This document shows, piece after piece, positions 18,492 to 28,397 of a stretch of 44,556 nucleotides of DNA (the first letter of the stretch is position 1; each line of letters starts with the position of its first letter). Source of the DNA: an uncultured Bacilli bacterium (GTDB lineage Bacteria > Bacillota_I > Bacilli_A > RF39 > UBA660); contig CANQLL010000003.1 of the NCBI GenBank assembly GCA_947624705.1, forward strand, positions 1-44,556. Direction: 5' to 3'. The position numbers and the translations under genes were made by a program. The notes below the pieces were generated by a model that saw only the letters and a list, made by a program, of their open reading frames with translations, had not been told where the DNA came from and ran no database searches.

Positions 18492-19673
18492 TTAATTAAT
18501 TAAATCGTAAGTATCAAGAGCAATCATTAATTCTTCATCAGTTGGCACAACATAAACTGGTATTTTAGAATCATTAGTACTGATTAAGCCAAATTTACCA
18601 AAAGTCTCAGCATTAACTTTACTATCAATCTCGACACCAAGAGAAGCAACTCTTCTAATAATTTCTTCTCTAAACTTAGGACCCTTTTCACCAATTCCAG
18701 CGGTAAAGCAAATGACATCGGCCCCGCCTAAAATATTATTATACATAGCAATATAATTAGCCGTTTTTTGAGCAAAGATATTATAAGCTAAGATAGCTCT
18801 TTTATTTCCTTCATCCATTGCAATTTCAATATCCCGGGCATCACTGGATACTCCACTTACACCAAGTAAACCAGATTTTTTATTAATATCATTCATTACT
18901 TCATCTAGCGTTTTATTTTCTTTAGTCATTATATAAGGAATAATACTAGCATCAAAATCACCAGCTCTAGTTCCCATCATTACACCTGGAGCAGGAGTAA
19001 AGCCCATAGATGTATCTAATACTTTGCCACTATCAATCGCTGCTAAAGATGCTCCACTACCAATATGACAAGAAATAACTTTTAAATTATCTTTCTTTAA
19101 ATATTCACTAATCGTTTTATTAATAAAACGATGAGAAGTTCCGTGAAAACCATATTTTCTAACTCCATATTTTGTATACCATTCATAAGGTAAAGGATAG
19201 ATATAAGCTTCTTCTTCCATAGTTTGATGAAAGGCTGTATCAAATACGCCTATCATTGGCGTATTTGGCATATTTTCCATAAAAGCTCGAACTCCAATTA
19301 AATTGGCTGGATTATGTAAAGGAGCAAGTTCATTAAATGATTCAATGTCAGCAATAATCTCTTCATTTAATAAAACACTTTTACTATACTTATCCGCGCC
19401 ATGAACAATTCGATGTCCTACTCCCTCAATATCTTCTAAAGAATCAACTACTTTATTATTAATTAATTCTTCAATTAAATATTTAACAGCCACAGAATGA
19501 TCTTTTAAAGCAACTTCTTTCTTTATTTTTTCACCATTTACTTTAATACTATAAAAACTATCTTCTATGCCTATTTTTTCAAATAACCCACTTATTAATT
19601 CTTTTTTTTCTGGTAATTCAAATAAAGTAAACTTTAATGATGAACTTCCAGCATTTACTGATAAAATTTTCAT
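18492..19673 (-). CDS. ackA: Acetate kinase
   Basis: NAGSSSLK, GHRIVHG, APLHNP, FDTAFH, YGFHGTSH, FTAGIGE, PTDEE motifs. Confidence 0.97.
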   Translation of the reverse strand: MKILSVNAGSSSLKFTLFELPEKKELISGLFEKIGIEDSFYSIKVNGEKIKKEVALKDHSVAVKYLIEELINNKVVDSLEDIEGVGHRIVHGADKYSKSVLLNEEIIADIESFNELAPLHNPANLIGVRAFMENMPNTPMIGVFDTAFHQTMEEEAYIYPLPYEWYTKYGVRKYGFHGTSHRFINKTISEYLKKDNLKVISCHIGSGASLAAIDSGKVLDTSMGFTPAPGVMMGTRAGDFDASIIPYIMTKENKTLDEVMNDINKKSGLLGVSGVSSDARDIEIAMDEGNKRAILAYNIFAQKTANYIAMYNNILGGADVICFTAGIGEKGPKFREEIIRRVASLGVEIDSKVNAETFGKFGLISTNDSKIPVYVVPTDEELMIALDTYDLIN

Positions 19674-19717
19674 TTTTCCACCTCACTTCTAATTATACAA
19701 AAAAAAAGATAATTACG

Positions 19718-19912
19718 CTATCTTTTTGTATTAATAAAATTCTTATTTACAGCTATTTTAGGCTTTAAAAATAAATTATCTTCATTAAAAGTTCTTTTAG
19801 AATTACTGGTAAAATTATAACCATATTCATTAACTAATTCAAAACGATTTCTTTCAATTTCATCTTGAAAATCTAAAGCCGATTGTTTGTAATGATAATC
19901 AACATATTTCAT
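19718..19912 (-). CDS. Small hypothetical protein (64 aa)
   Basis: AGGTG RBS; fills the gap; divergent from the DUF1540-like gene. Confidence 0.65.
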   Translation of the reverse strand: MKYVDYHYKQSALDFQDEIERNRFELVNEYGYNFTSNSKRTFNEDNLFLKPKIAVNKNFINTKR

Positions 19913-19979
19913 AAATCTTCACCTACTATTAGCTTGTATAATTTTTTAAAAATTATACAGAATATTAATGGTGATAGAA

Positions 19980-20156
19980 ATGCAAAAAGAAGATCCATAC
20001 TATAACAAACAAATTGCTTGTAGTGTTCACAATTGTCATTTTAATGATTGTGATAATGAAGAATGTACTTTATCTAAAATTAAAATATGTAATATGAATG
20101 AAACAGATAAAAAACAAGCAACTATGTGTGATAGTTTTGAAAAAAGATGCGATTAG
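19980..20156 (+). CDS. DUF1540-like small Cys-rich protein
   Basis: I.CSVHNCHFN.....CTLSKIKI.......T.CDSF pattern; GGTGA RBS before the ATG at 19980. Confidence 0.78.
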   Translation: MQKEDPYYNKQIACSVHNCHFNDCDNEECTLSKIKICNMNETDKKQATMCDSFEKRCD

Positions 20157-20165
20157 GCATCTTTT
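20141..20165. terminator. Bidirectional intrinsic terminator
   Basis: AAAAGATGC-gattag-GCATCTTTT between convergent genes. Confidence 0.7.
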
Positions 20166-21352
20166 TACAATATATCTTCATAATTTTTTTGATAATCACT
20201 TGTTATTTTAATTACTTCGTGATTCTTAAGAGCTTTTTTAATTAAAGTTTCATAATCAATTAATTTTTCATATTCTATACATTTAGTTAATTCAGGATTA
20301 ATAACCGGATGTTTAGGCACAAAGATAGTACAACAATCTTCAAAAGGTAAAATACTTGTTTCATAAGTAGCAATTTCTCTGGCTATTTTAATTATTTCGA
20401 CTTTATCAAAACAAGCAACAGGACGAATGACCGGTAATTTAACTACTTCATTAATTACACTCATACTTGTTAAAGTTTGCGAAGCAACTTGGCCAATTGA
20501 TTCCCCATTAACTAAGACTTTAGCTTTAATATCATGAGCAATGGCCTCACTTATTCGATACATCATCCTGCGCATTATAGTGATTAAATATTCATGAGGA
20601 ATATTTTTATAAATTTCTTCTTGAATTTCGGTAAAATTAATCACATGCAATTTTAAATTATTATTATATAAACTTAATTTTTTGGCTAGTTCAATAACTT
20701 TATTTTTAGCTTCTTGACTTGTATGGGGAGGACTTTCAAAATAAACAGCTTCTAACTTTACTCCTCTTTTAATACTTAAATAACCAGCGACTGGTGAGTC
20801 TATTCCACCACTTAACATTAATAAACCTTTTCCTAAAACTCCTACGGGATAACCACCCTTTCCTTTAAAAGTTTCAAAATAAAGATATGTTGCTTCTTTT
20901 CTTAATTCAATATTAATTATTTTTTCGGGATGATGAATATCAACTTTAATCTTAGGAATATTTTTAAGTAATATTCCCCCAATTTTAGCACTAACTTCCA
21001 TACTAGTTAAAGGATAACTTTTATTACTTCTTTTGGTTATAACTTTAAATGTTTGAAATTCATAATCTTTAATTAAATCTAATAAATTAGTAGCCATACT
21101 ATTAATTGTATTATCAGCAAACTCATAAGCAATAACTATTTCATGAATACCAAATACATTTTGTAATTTATGAACAATTAAATCAAAATTATCATGAGGA
21201 ATAACAAACATTCTTCCTTTATCAAATTTAATTTCATAATCTAAATTATCTAAAGTAATAACAATATTTTCTTTTAAAGTATTTAAAAATAAACCAATAT
21301 TTCCTTTTTTTGTTGATAATTCACCATATTTAAGCATAATTAATTTTTGCAT
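20165..21352 (-). CDS. thiI: tRNA 4-thiouridine synthase ThiI
   Basis: KYGELSTKKGN, THUMP domain, SGGIDSPVA PP-loop, GESIGQVASQT, DCC; start moved to the ATG at 21352 after GAGG. Confidence 0.96.
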   Translation of the reverse strand: MQKLIMLKYGELSTKKGNIGLFLNTLKENIVITLDNLDYEIKFDKGRMFVIPHDNFDLIVHKLQNVFGIHEIVIAYEFADNTINSMATNLLDLIKDYEFQTFKVITKRSNKSYPLTSMEVSAKIGGILLKNIPKIKVDIHHPEKIINIELRKEATYLYFETFKGKGGYPVGVLGKGLLMLSGGIDSPVAGYLSIKRGVKLEAVYFESPPHTSQEAKNKVIELAKKLSLYNNNLKLHVINFTEIQEEIYKNIPHEYLITIMRRMMYRISEAIAHDIKAKVLVNGESIGQVASQTLTSMSVINEVVKLPVIRPVACFDKVEIIKIAREIATYETSILPFEDCCTIFVPKHPVINPELTKCIEYEKLIDYETLIKKALKNHEVIKITSDYQKNYEDIL

Positions 21353-21399
21353 GGGGGTTTCTTCCTCTCTAAATCGCAATATAATTTTATAATAAATCT

Positions 21400-21448
21400 T
21401 TTCTAACGTCAAACTTGTGAATCTTTTCTAACGTCATTTCTAACGTCA
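21400..21448. repeat. Three direct copies of TTTCTAACGTCA between divergent promoters
   Basis: Copies at 21400, 21425 and 21437; the first overlaps the thiI -35 (TTGACG-N17-TAAAAT on minus). Confidence 0.85.
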
Positions 21449-21501
21449 AACTATTGACTTTCAGATAAATTAAGTTATAATAAAAACCATTAAAGATTGA
21501 A

Positions 21502-22044
21502 TTGATAAATGTTTTTGAAGACAACTCCAATGTAGGTATATTTTATTTAAGTGACGAAGAAAGAGGAAAAATAATATCCGAAATAAAAAGTTATATTCAT
21601 AAAGGGTTTGATCCTAAAATATTAATTGCTCAATGTGAACATAAAATAATTGCTTTAAATGATAGTAAATTGTCTTACTTTTTTGCCAAAAATGTAAAAG
21701 GAGCACATGTAGATCTTCATTTAAATATTGCTATTGCTGATAAAGATTATGATATTTTATTTAAATTTGCCCAAAATATTCCTGGAGTTAATGTTGATGC
21801 TATAGGTGAAATTTTAGTAAATTCTTTCAATACTAAACTCTTAGAACTTTTTGTTGAAAAGTGTCATCCAACTAAATCATATGAGTATTATAAAGATAAA
21901 ATACATAAATTATATTATAAGGAATATGATAAACTACAAGATTTGCAATTAAATGAACTATCTGCGGCTCAACGACAAGAAATTAAATTATATAAGATTA
22001 ATGATAGTATTAAAAGAACAAACTTTTTAAAATATATTAAATAA
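21502..22044 (+). CDS. Hypothetical protein with two ~25-aa helical repeats
   Basis: YFFAKNVKGAHVD / FKFAQNIPGVNVD repeats; upstream TTGACT-N16-TATAAT; start codon uncertain. Confidence 0.7.
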   Translation: MINVFEDNSNVGIFYLSDEERGKIISEIKSYIHKGFDPKILIAQCEHKIIALNDSKLSYFFAKNVKGAHVDLHLNIAIADKDYDILFKFAQNIPGVNVDAIGEILVNSFNTKLLELFVEKCHPTKSYEYYKDKIHKLYYKEYDKLQDLQLNELSAAQRQEIKLYKINDSIKRTNFLKYIK

Positions 22045-22114
22045 AGTTTTTATATAAATTTATTTTAGACTAGCATAAAATATTGTCTAAAATTAAAATA
22101 TATGGTATAGTGAA

Positions 22115-22236
22115 TATGCAAAGGAAATTTGCATAAAATAAAAAGGAACAAATTCAACAATGTCGTGTTAGTTGTTGCCAAAGTATAATTTTGTGAAGTC
22201 ATCTAAATCATTGCTGAGTTAGATGATTTCTTATTT
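22115..22236 (+). ncRNA. Candidate small RNA (~120 nt)
   Basis: TTGTCT-N17-TATAGT promoter with TG extension (22083-22111), 5' hairpin TATGCAAA/TTTGCATA, middle hairpin CAACAA/TTGTTG, terminator GAAGTCATCTAA/TTAGATGATTTC plus T-rich tail; no ORF. Confidence 0.55.
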
Positions 22237-22357
22237 ATATTAAATTTTTAATAATATTAATAAGATACTTAATAAAAAAAGGTGAACTTTTTTTAGAAGA
22301 CAATGAATAATATTGCATTATTCCCAAAATTTAGTGTATAATTAAATTGGTGATAAT

Positions 22358-22675
22358 ATGAATTCTATTTGGCAATATGTTATTATTGGAATTGTTTTAA
22401 TTATTATAGCTTTAATTGTCGTTAAAATTAATAAAAAAGATTTTGGAGTAGAAATAAATAAATTAATTCAATATCTTGGTGGTAAAGATAATATTATTAA
22501 TTGTGAATGTAATATGTCGCGTTTTAAAGTAATCTTAAAAGATGTCAGTAAAGCTGATAAAGATGGAATTCAAAAACTTGGAGCCAAAGGAATTGTCGAA
22601 GTTGATAATCAATTAAAAATAATCTTTGGCAAAAATGCTAAAGCCTTAAAAAGATATATTGAAGATTTATTGTAA
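22358..22675 (+). CDS. Stand-alone membrane-anchored PTS EIIB-like protein
   Basis: N-terminal TM; LGGKDNI......SRFKV.LKD..K.D...I.KLGAKG....LKIIFG resembles glucose-class EIIB. Confidence 0.75.
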   Translation: MNSIWQYVIIGIVLIIIALIVVKINKKDFGVEINKLIQYLGGKDNIINCECNMSRFKVILKDVSKADKDGIQKLGAKGIVEVDNQLKIIFGKNAKALKRYIEDLL

Positions 22676-22702
22676 AAGTAAATCTTTTTTAGTGGTGATG
22701 TT

Positions 22703-23782
22703 ATGCAAATATATTTAAATTCTATTATTTGGGCTTTAGTCCTATTTCCTTTATTAGTTTTAATTTTATGTATTCCCTATATGATTATAGAATACCATAA
22801 ATATGGCGCTATAACTAAAAAGAAATTCTTTATTATGTTTTCCTTTATTTTTTATTTATTATGTGTTTATTTTTTAGTAATTTTACCTCTTCCTAAAATA
22901 AAAGATGTTGCTTTATATCGAGGAAAATGGTATAACTTAAAACTTTTTGATTTTATTAAAGAAATTCAAGGTAGTTCATCTTTTATTTTAACTAAACCTT
23001 CTACTTATATTTCTTTATTTACGACTAATCGGATTGTTGAACCAATATCAAATATTGTTTTAATGATTCCTTTTGGTATTTATTTAAGATATTATTTTAA
23101 AAAAGGTTGGTTTACAACTATTATTTATACACTTCTATTTTCTTTATTTTTAGAAATAACCCAATTAACCGGTTTATATTATATTTATCCTCGTCCCTAC
23201 CGTATGTTTGATGTTAATGATTTATTAACAAACACCATAGGTGGTTTAATTGGTTTTATAATAACCCCAATCTTTTCTAATCTTTTACCAACTGTCTTAG
23301 AATTAGATGAAGAAGTATTAAGAAAAGGAAAAAAAGTTTCTTTTTCGCGAAGAACTATTGGTTATTTAATAGATATCTTTTTAATTAATTTAATTCTTTT
23401 ACTTTTAAAAAATCACTTAAATTATTTAATTATTTTAATTGTTATAATTAGTTATTTTATTTTCAATAATTTAATTTTTAAAGGAAAAACTATAGGAAAA
23501 ATGGTAGTTAATATTAAAATTAAACAAAAAAGTTATTTAAAATATATATTAAGAAGTATTTTATTTGAAGGATTGTTTATGCATAATTATTTAGTTTTAC
23601 TAATCTTTAAAGTTCCATCTTTAATTGCTATTTTAATTCAAATAGCTTGTTACTTCTTTTTAATATTTAATATAATTTGTGAAAAATATTATGGACGTAA
23701 TAGTTTAGTAATTGATAAAATATTAAAATTAGAAATTGTAGATACAATTAAACATGAAGAAACTTATATTATTAGATTATAA
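22703..23782 (+). CDS. VanZ-RDD family membrane protein
   Basis: N+VLMIPFG, LEITQLTG, RMFDVNDLLTNTIGG (VanZ); RR..GYLID and GKTIGKM (RDD). Confidence 0.88.
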   Translation: MQIYLNSIIWALVLFPLLVLILCIPYMIIEYHKYGAITKKKFFIMFSFIFYLLCVYFLVILPLPKIKDVALYRGKWYNLKLFDFIKEIQGSSSFILTKPSTYISLFTTNRIVEPISNIVLMIPFGIYLRYYFKKGWFTTIIYTLLFSLFLEITQLTGLYYIYPRPYRMFDVNDLLTNTIGGLIGFIITPIFSNLLPTVLELDEEVLRKGKKVSFSRRTIGYLIDIFLINLILLLLKNHLNYLIILIVIISYFIFNNLIFKGKTIGKMVVNIKIKQKSYLKYILRSILFEGLFMHNYLVLLIFKVPSLIAILIQIACYFFLIFNIICEKYYGRNSLVIDKILKLEIVDTIKHEETYIIRL

Positions 23783-23790
23783 TTAATGAC

Positions 23791-23817
23791 ACTCTTTTAT
23801 TAATTTCACATAAATTA
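23791..23817 (+). promoter_or_regulatory. SigK-like promoter
   Basis: AC-N16-CATAAATTA upstream of the CotY/Z-like gene. Confidence 0.55.
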
Positions 23818-23847
23818 TTAGTGAGAATACATGAAAGGGTGAATAAT

Positions 23848-24312
23848 ATGTGTAATAATAATTCAACATCTAATCAAGGTAATTGCATTGCCGATATCTT
23901 AAATGTAATATTAATTCTTCAACAAAATGCAAGTCCTGAAAATTGTTTAGATTCTTGTGATCGACCAATGCTTGGAGGCGGGCCTAATTGTTTAATATGT
24001 AACACTCGTCCTGTAATGCTTTATACATGCTGCGGCAATGGGGTGCCTTGGACAATGCCAGTTTGTAAAGATACTTCAATAACTTGTTCAAATCCACAAG
24101 CTAGTGATAATGGTAATAATTGTTGCTCTTGTGTGTTTAGGGTTGAAAAGATAGATGGAAATTGTGCAACATTTAGAGTTTTAGCTGATAATCCCGAACC
24201 AAGTTGCTGTAACTCTATGCCATATATAGCAACAAATTCATTCTTCACAATGAACCTAAGCTGTGTATGTTGCATTAAATGTTTAAGTGATACAACTGTT
24301 GATTGTGTTTAA
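23848..24312 (+). CDS. CotY/CotZ family spore coat (crust) protein
   Basis: Cys-rich; CI.D+L..I..LQ, NTRP+ML, FRVEKIDGNCATFRVL, +++NLSC+CCIKCL; GAAAGGGT RBS. Confidence 0.85.
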   Translation: MCNNNSTSNQGNCIADILNVILILQQNASPENCLDSCDRPMLGGGPNCLICNTRPVMLYTCCGNGVPWTMPVCKDTSITCSNPQASDNGNNCCSCVFRVEKIDGNCATFRVLADNPEPSCCNSMPYIATNSFFTMNLSCVCCIKCLSDTTVDCV

Positions 24313-24340
24313 GAAGATATAAAAAAATATGATCACCAAA

Positions 24341-24964
24341 TCATATTTTTTTCTTTTTAAAATATTTACATTCTTTTTGAAGTAGACAATCTTGACATAA
24401 AGGATTTTTACTTTTACAAGTATAACGACCAAATAAAACCATTTGATGATGAGTTCTACTCCATTTATCTCTAGGCACCTTGCGCATGAGTTTTTGTTCA
24501 ACAACAAGGACATTATCATTTTCTTTAGCTAAACCTAATCTTTTAGCTACTCTTTCCACATGGGTATCAACAGCAATAGCGGGGACATCATAGATATTAG
24601 CCAGAACTACATTACAAGTCTTACGCCCTACCCCAGGTAAATTTTCTAAATATTTTCGATTGTTAGGAACTTTTCCCTTAAAATCTTTAACTAAAGCTTG
24701 CGCAATATTAATAATATATTCACTTTTTTTCGTATAAGTTCCTACTGGTCTAATTATTTCTTCTACATCTTTTTTAGAAGCTTTACTTAAAGAGAAAATA
24801 TCATATTTGCTAAATAATTCTTTAGTTACCATATTAACTCTAGCGTCAGTACATTGAGCTGATAAGACTGTTGCTATTAAAAGTTCATAATCTTTGCTAT
24901 AATTTAATTCACAACGGGGATTAGGAACCATAATATCCAATTTTTCTAAAATATTATATTTCAT
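24341..24964 (-). CDS. nth: Endonuclease III
   Basis: LLIATVLSAQCTDARVN, HhH LPGVGRKT, AVDTHV, C-x6-C-x2-C-x5-C FeS motif; exact start among consecutive ATGs uncertain. Confidence 0.95.
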   Translation of the reverse strand: MKYNILEKLDIMVPNPRCELNYSKDYELLIATVLSAQCTDARVNMVTKELFSKYDIFSLSKASKKDVEEIIRPVGTYTKKSEYIINIAQALVKDFKGKVPNNRKYLENLPGVGRKTCNVVLANIYDVPAIAVDTHVERVAKRLGLAKENDNVLVVEQKLMRKVPRDKWSRTHHQMVLFGRYTCKSKNPLCQDCLLQKECKYFKKKKI

Positions 24965-25607
24965 CATCATCTAACCAATCATAATCAAATAATTCTTTTT
25001 CTTCTTTTGGTTTATCATTTTTATTCATTAAATGTTTATTAACATCATCCATTGTTTTAAATCCCTTTTTCCCCCACTCATAAATTATTTTATCAATATA
25101 GCGAAAATTTCTAACGCCATTATAGATTGCTTCTTTTAAAGCGCCTAAAATTAACTCTTCACTAATATTATTTTCTAACCAGGCATTAACTATTTCATAT
25201 TCTATAGGAGAAAGTTGCCGATCAAATTCTTTTTCAAAAATATCAAAGATATTTTCTTTCCTACTTTTTTTATTTTCTTCTTTAACCTCACTGGTTAAAG
25301 AAGCATATAATAAATCTAAAGATATAGTTTCACTAATTTTCCCATTATCTAAAGTTTTAACTTCCATTTTAATTAATTGTTTATTCATTAAATTATTAAA
25401 AGCGTCTAAAATTTCTTTTTCATTTAAACCTAATTTTTGTTCAATATCTTTTAAATTAAATATTTTTTCATCTTCATTATAAAAATATATTATTAGTAAA
25501 AATTCATTTAAATTTAAATTATGTTTTAATAACTCTTTAATTATTATAGCTGAAATTACATAGTGTTTAGTATTAAACATATTTTTATAATCTAACATTT
25601 TAACCAC
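24954..25607 (-). CDS. dnaD: DnaD domain primosomal protein
   Basis: FEKEFDRQLSPIEYE, ALKEA, YIDKIIYEW, C-terminal YDWL; canonical dnaD-nth order. Confidence 0.9.
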   Translation of the reverse strand: MVKMLDYKNMFNTKHYVISAIIIKELLKHNLNLNEFLLIIYFYNEDEKIFNLKDIEQKLGLNEKEILDAFNNLMNKQLIKMEVKTLDNGKISETISLDLLYASLTSEVKEENKKSRKENIFDIFEKEFDRQLSPIEYEIVNAWLENNISEELILGALKEAIYNGVRNFRYIDKIIYEWGKKGFKTMDDVNKHLMNKNDKPKEEKELFDYDWLDDDEI

Positions 25608-26692
25608 ATTCCTTTATTATCAGTTATATATTTAATTAAAATTTCTTTTTCATTAGTAATTTTTTTATTTAAAATTAAAATAATTAAGCTATCCGTTATA
25701 TTTTTAATTATTTTAGATGGTTTAATCTTTAAAGCTTTTTGAATATCATCACCATCTATAGCCAGTTCACTCGCTCTTTTTATGGGCATTTCATTATATA
25801 TTTCATTTATTTTTTTAGAATCTAAGCCTAATATTTTTCCAGAAATTATACAAATATATAAACCATATTTAAATAAAATTCCATAATCTATTTTTCCATA
25901 ATTTACTACTTCTTTAATAGCTTCACAATTTTGTTTTTCTTCTTTAGTTAAAGGAAAATCATCAGGTAAATTAAGTTGAGCAAACATAGCATTAATATCA
26001 TCAACGTATTTTAATTTAGAATAAGATATTTTTAAAATATCTAAAATTTGTAATTCTTTTAAATAATTAAATCCTTCTACAGCATTAGGAGAAATTAACA
26101 TTTTGGTTATTTCTTCTTTTTTACGAGTACCAGAAATATTTTGAATATCTTCTTTATGAACATGAATATATTTAATTATTTCACTATCTATTATTAAATT
26201 ATGCGTTATTTTTAATCTTAAAGCTCTTAACATTCTTAAAGGATCTTCTTGAAATTTCGCATTAATATCACCAATAACTCTGATTGTTTTATTTTGCAAA
26301 TCTTCTAAACCATTAACTTTATCTATAATATGGCCATTTATATCCATATATAAAGCATTAATTGTAAAATCTCTTCTTTTTATATCAGGATATAAATCAT
26401 TAATATATTCTATTTTCGTTGGTTTGCCATGTTCGTATTTTAATTCTTTTCGATAAGTATTAATATCAATCGAATATTTATTAATATTTAATTTTAAAGA
26501 ACCATAACAAGATGTTTTAAAATCATCATCAGCAAATATTTGCATTAAATCTTTAGGTAAAGCATTAGTACAAATATCAACATCATTAGTCTCGCGATTT
26601 AAAATAAAATCGCGCACATAGCCACCTACAATATAGGCTTGATAACCAGCATCTATTATTTTTTGTAAAATTTTTTTTATGTCTTCTGTCAT
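25592..26692 (-). CDS. cca: CCA tRNA nucleotidyltransferase
   Basis: VGGYVRD, DVDI, RRDFTINA, EDPLRMLRA.R motifs. Confidence 0.92.
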   Translation of the reverse strand: MTEDIKKILQKIIDAGYQAYIVGGYVRDFILNRETNDVDICTNALPKDLMQIFADDDFKTSCYGSLKLNINKYSIDINTYRKELKYEHGKPTKIEYINDLYPDIKRRDFTINALYMDINGHIIDKVNGLEDLQNKTIRVIGDINAKFQEDPLRMLRALRLKITHNLIIDSEIIKYIHVHKEDIQNISGTRKKEEITKMLISPNAVEGFNYLKELQILDILKISYSKLKYVDDINAMFAQLNLPDDFPLTKEEKQNCEAIKEVVNYGKIDYGILFKYGLYICIISGKILGLDSKKINEIYNEMPIKRASELAIDGDDIQKALKIKPSKIIKNITDSLIILILNKKITNEKEILIKYITDNKGMWLKC

Positions 26693-26725
26693 TATTGTCG
26701 AGTATATCTCCCTTTCTTTTTTAGC

Positions 26726-27658
26726 TTATAATGTTTTCGTTAAAACATGACCTTGCATTTCTTTTAATTCAAAATTTTCAGTCTTTTCAAAACTTAATAT
26801 TAAATCTTTAAGAGTTTCAGTTGTATAAACTATTTCATTTAAAGAATTAGTTGGTAATGGACACTCTTTGTCAGCATTTTCTAAAATTTGCTTTTCATTT
26901 AAATAGTATAAAACTTCCCCATTTATATTCATAATCATAACATTTTTAGCATCAGCTTCATGATAAATAAGCGGTTTAGCTTTTTTTTCAATTTCGATAA
27001 TATCTTTATAATTTTGTTTAGCTATTAATTCTAATAAGTATTGATATTGTTCTAAAGATAAAGAATAAACTTTATAAGTTTTATCCAAATTATATTGCAT
27101 ATTATATTCTAAGTATTGATATAAATTATCTCTGGAAATTTGCGTTCTTTCTGGATTTACTCTGATAACTTTATCTAATTTTTTAAGATAAGATTGATCT
27201 AAAGTAATAGTATTATCTAAAATTTGGTTGGTTAAAATTCTATATTTTCTTAAATTATTTTGAAATTCTTCTCTTTCTTTATGGGCTTTAGAACGAGGTA
27301 TATAAGAGCATTCATTATTAATTAAATTACTATTTTTTTCATTAGTAAATTTTAAAGCTTCTTCATAATTATCAAAAACTTGTTCCACAAGATTATAATT
27401 ATTACATTGAAAATTAAAATTGTATTGAGGAATAACTTTCTCTAAATCAAAGATTTTCGTTTTATCATCAAAATATATAGGTTGATAAGGAAAAACAACG
27501 GCATATTCTTTTTCATAGTCACCATCTATTTTATATATAGTTTTTTCCCCTACTAAATAACATTTTGAAACAATATAACATACAGTAGCTTTCTCTAATC
27601 TATTAATGGGTTCAATGATGGGCATAGCGGCATATTTAATGGGATAATTATATTTCAT
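26726..27658 (-). CDS. Hypothetical protein
   Basis: 310 aa, GAGGTG RBS; no family recognised. Confidence 0.78.
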   Translation of the reverse strand: MKYNYPIKYAAMPIIEPINRLEKATVCYIVSKCYLVGEKTIYKIDGDYEKEYAVVFPYQPIYFDDKTKIFDLEKVIPQYNFNFQCNNYNLVEQVFDNYEEALKFTNEKNSNLINNECSYIPRSKAHKEREEFQNNLRKYRILTNQILDNTITLDQSYLKKLDKVIRVNPERTQISRDNLYQYLEYNMQYNLDKTYKVYSLSLEQYQYLLELIAKQNYKDIIEIEKKAKPLIYHEADAKNVMIMNINGEVLYYLNEKQILENADKECPLPTNSLNEIVYTTETLKDLILSFEKTENFELKEMQGHVLTKTL

Positions 27659-27839
27659 AACTTAAACACCTCAAATTAATTATATAATGACTTTAGGAAA
27701 AAAGCTATTTATTTTTCTATTGGAATAAAATAAAAAGAACTATACTGTTAATATTATTTCAGTGACAATTTTTATTATTAATTTTATCTTTTTTAAGAAT
27801 TTCCTTTTTAATTCAACGCATATTAATAATGGTGATTTT

Positions 27840-28337
27840 ATGTATTTAATCAATATTTTTTTAAGTTATTCCATTATTGGTTATTTATTTGAATTAATAG
27901 TTGATTTAATTTTAAAAATTAAACCTAGTAGTGGCATTTTATTTGGACCATGGACACCTATTTATGGTTTTGGTGTTTTAATAATGTTATTTATTAAAAA
28001 TAAATTACAAAAATTAAATTTAAATAAAGTTTTAGAAATAATTATTTTCTTTTTTATCATCGTTATTACTTTAACTTTATTAGAACAATTAGGAGGAGTT
28101 CTTTTAGCAAAATTATTTCATAAAACTTTATGGGATTATCGTAATTTAAAATTTCATATAACTAAATATATTGCTTTAGAAACTTCTTTAGGTTGGGGAC
28201 TTGGTTCCATAATTATTGCTTATGTTATTCATCCAAAATTTAAAAAAATTTTAAAGAAAATTCCCTTTTTAATCTCCTCTTTAGTTTTTATTGCTTTTGC
28301 AATTGATGTAATAATAACAATATTTAAATATATATAG
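27840..28337 (+). CDS. Putative ABC-transporter-permease-like membrane protein (DUF1113/CmpB-like)
   Basis: YS.IGY.FE, G.L.GPW.PIYGFG, LWDY motifs; start moved to the ATG at 27840 after GGTGA. Confidence 0.8.
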   Translation: MYLINIFLSYSIIGYLFELIVDLILKIKPSSGILFGPWTPIYGFGVLIMLFIKNKLQKLNLNKVLEIIIFFFIIVITLTLLEQLGGVLLAKLFHKTLWDYRNLKFHITKYIALETSLGWGLGSIIIAYVIHPKFKKILKKIPFLISSLVFIAFAIDVIITIFKYI

Positions 28338-28397
28338 GCTGATAAACAATTCAAGGTATAAATGTCTCATATTATATCTTGAAAGGGGAAATAAAAA

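Noticed and set aside
22115-22236. Identification as tRNA, SRP, 6S or a riboswitch
   Set aside because: No cloverleaf, no SRP core motif, too short for 6S and no aptamer consensus recognised; kept only as an unnamed sRNA candidate.
24021-24519. Minus-strand ORFs 24021..24275 and 24283..24519
   Set aside because: Shadow of the CotY/Z gene and an alternative frame of nth.
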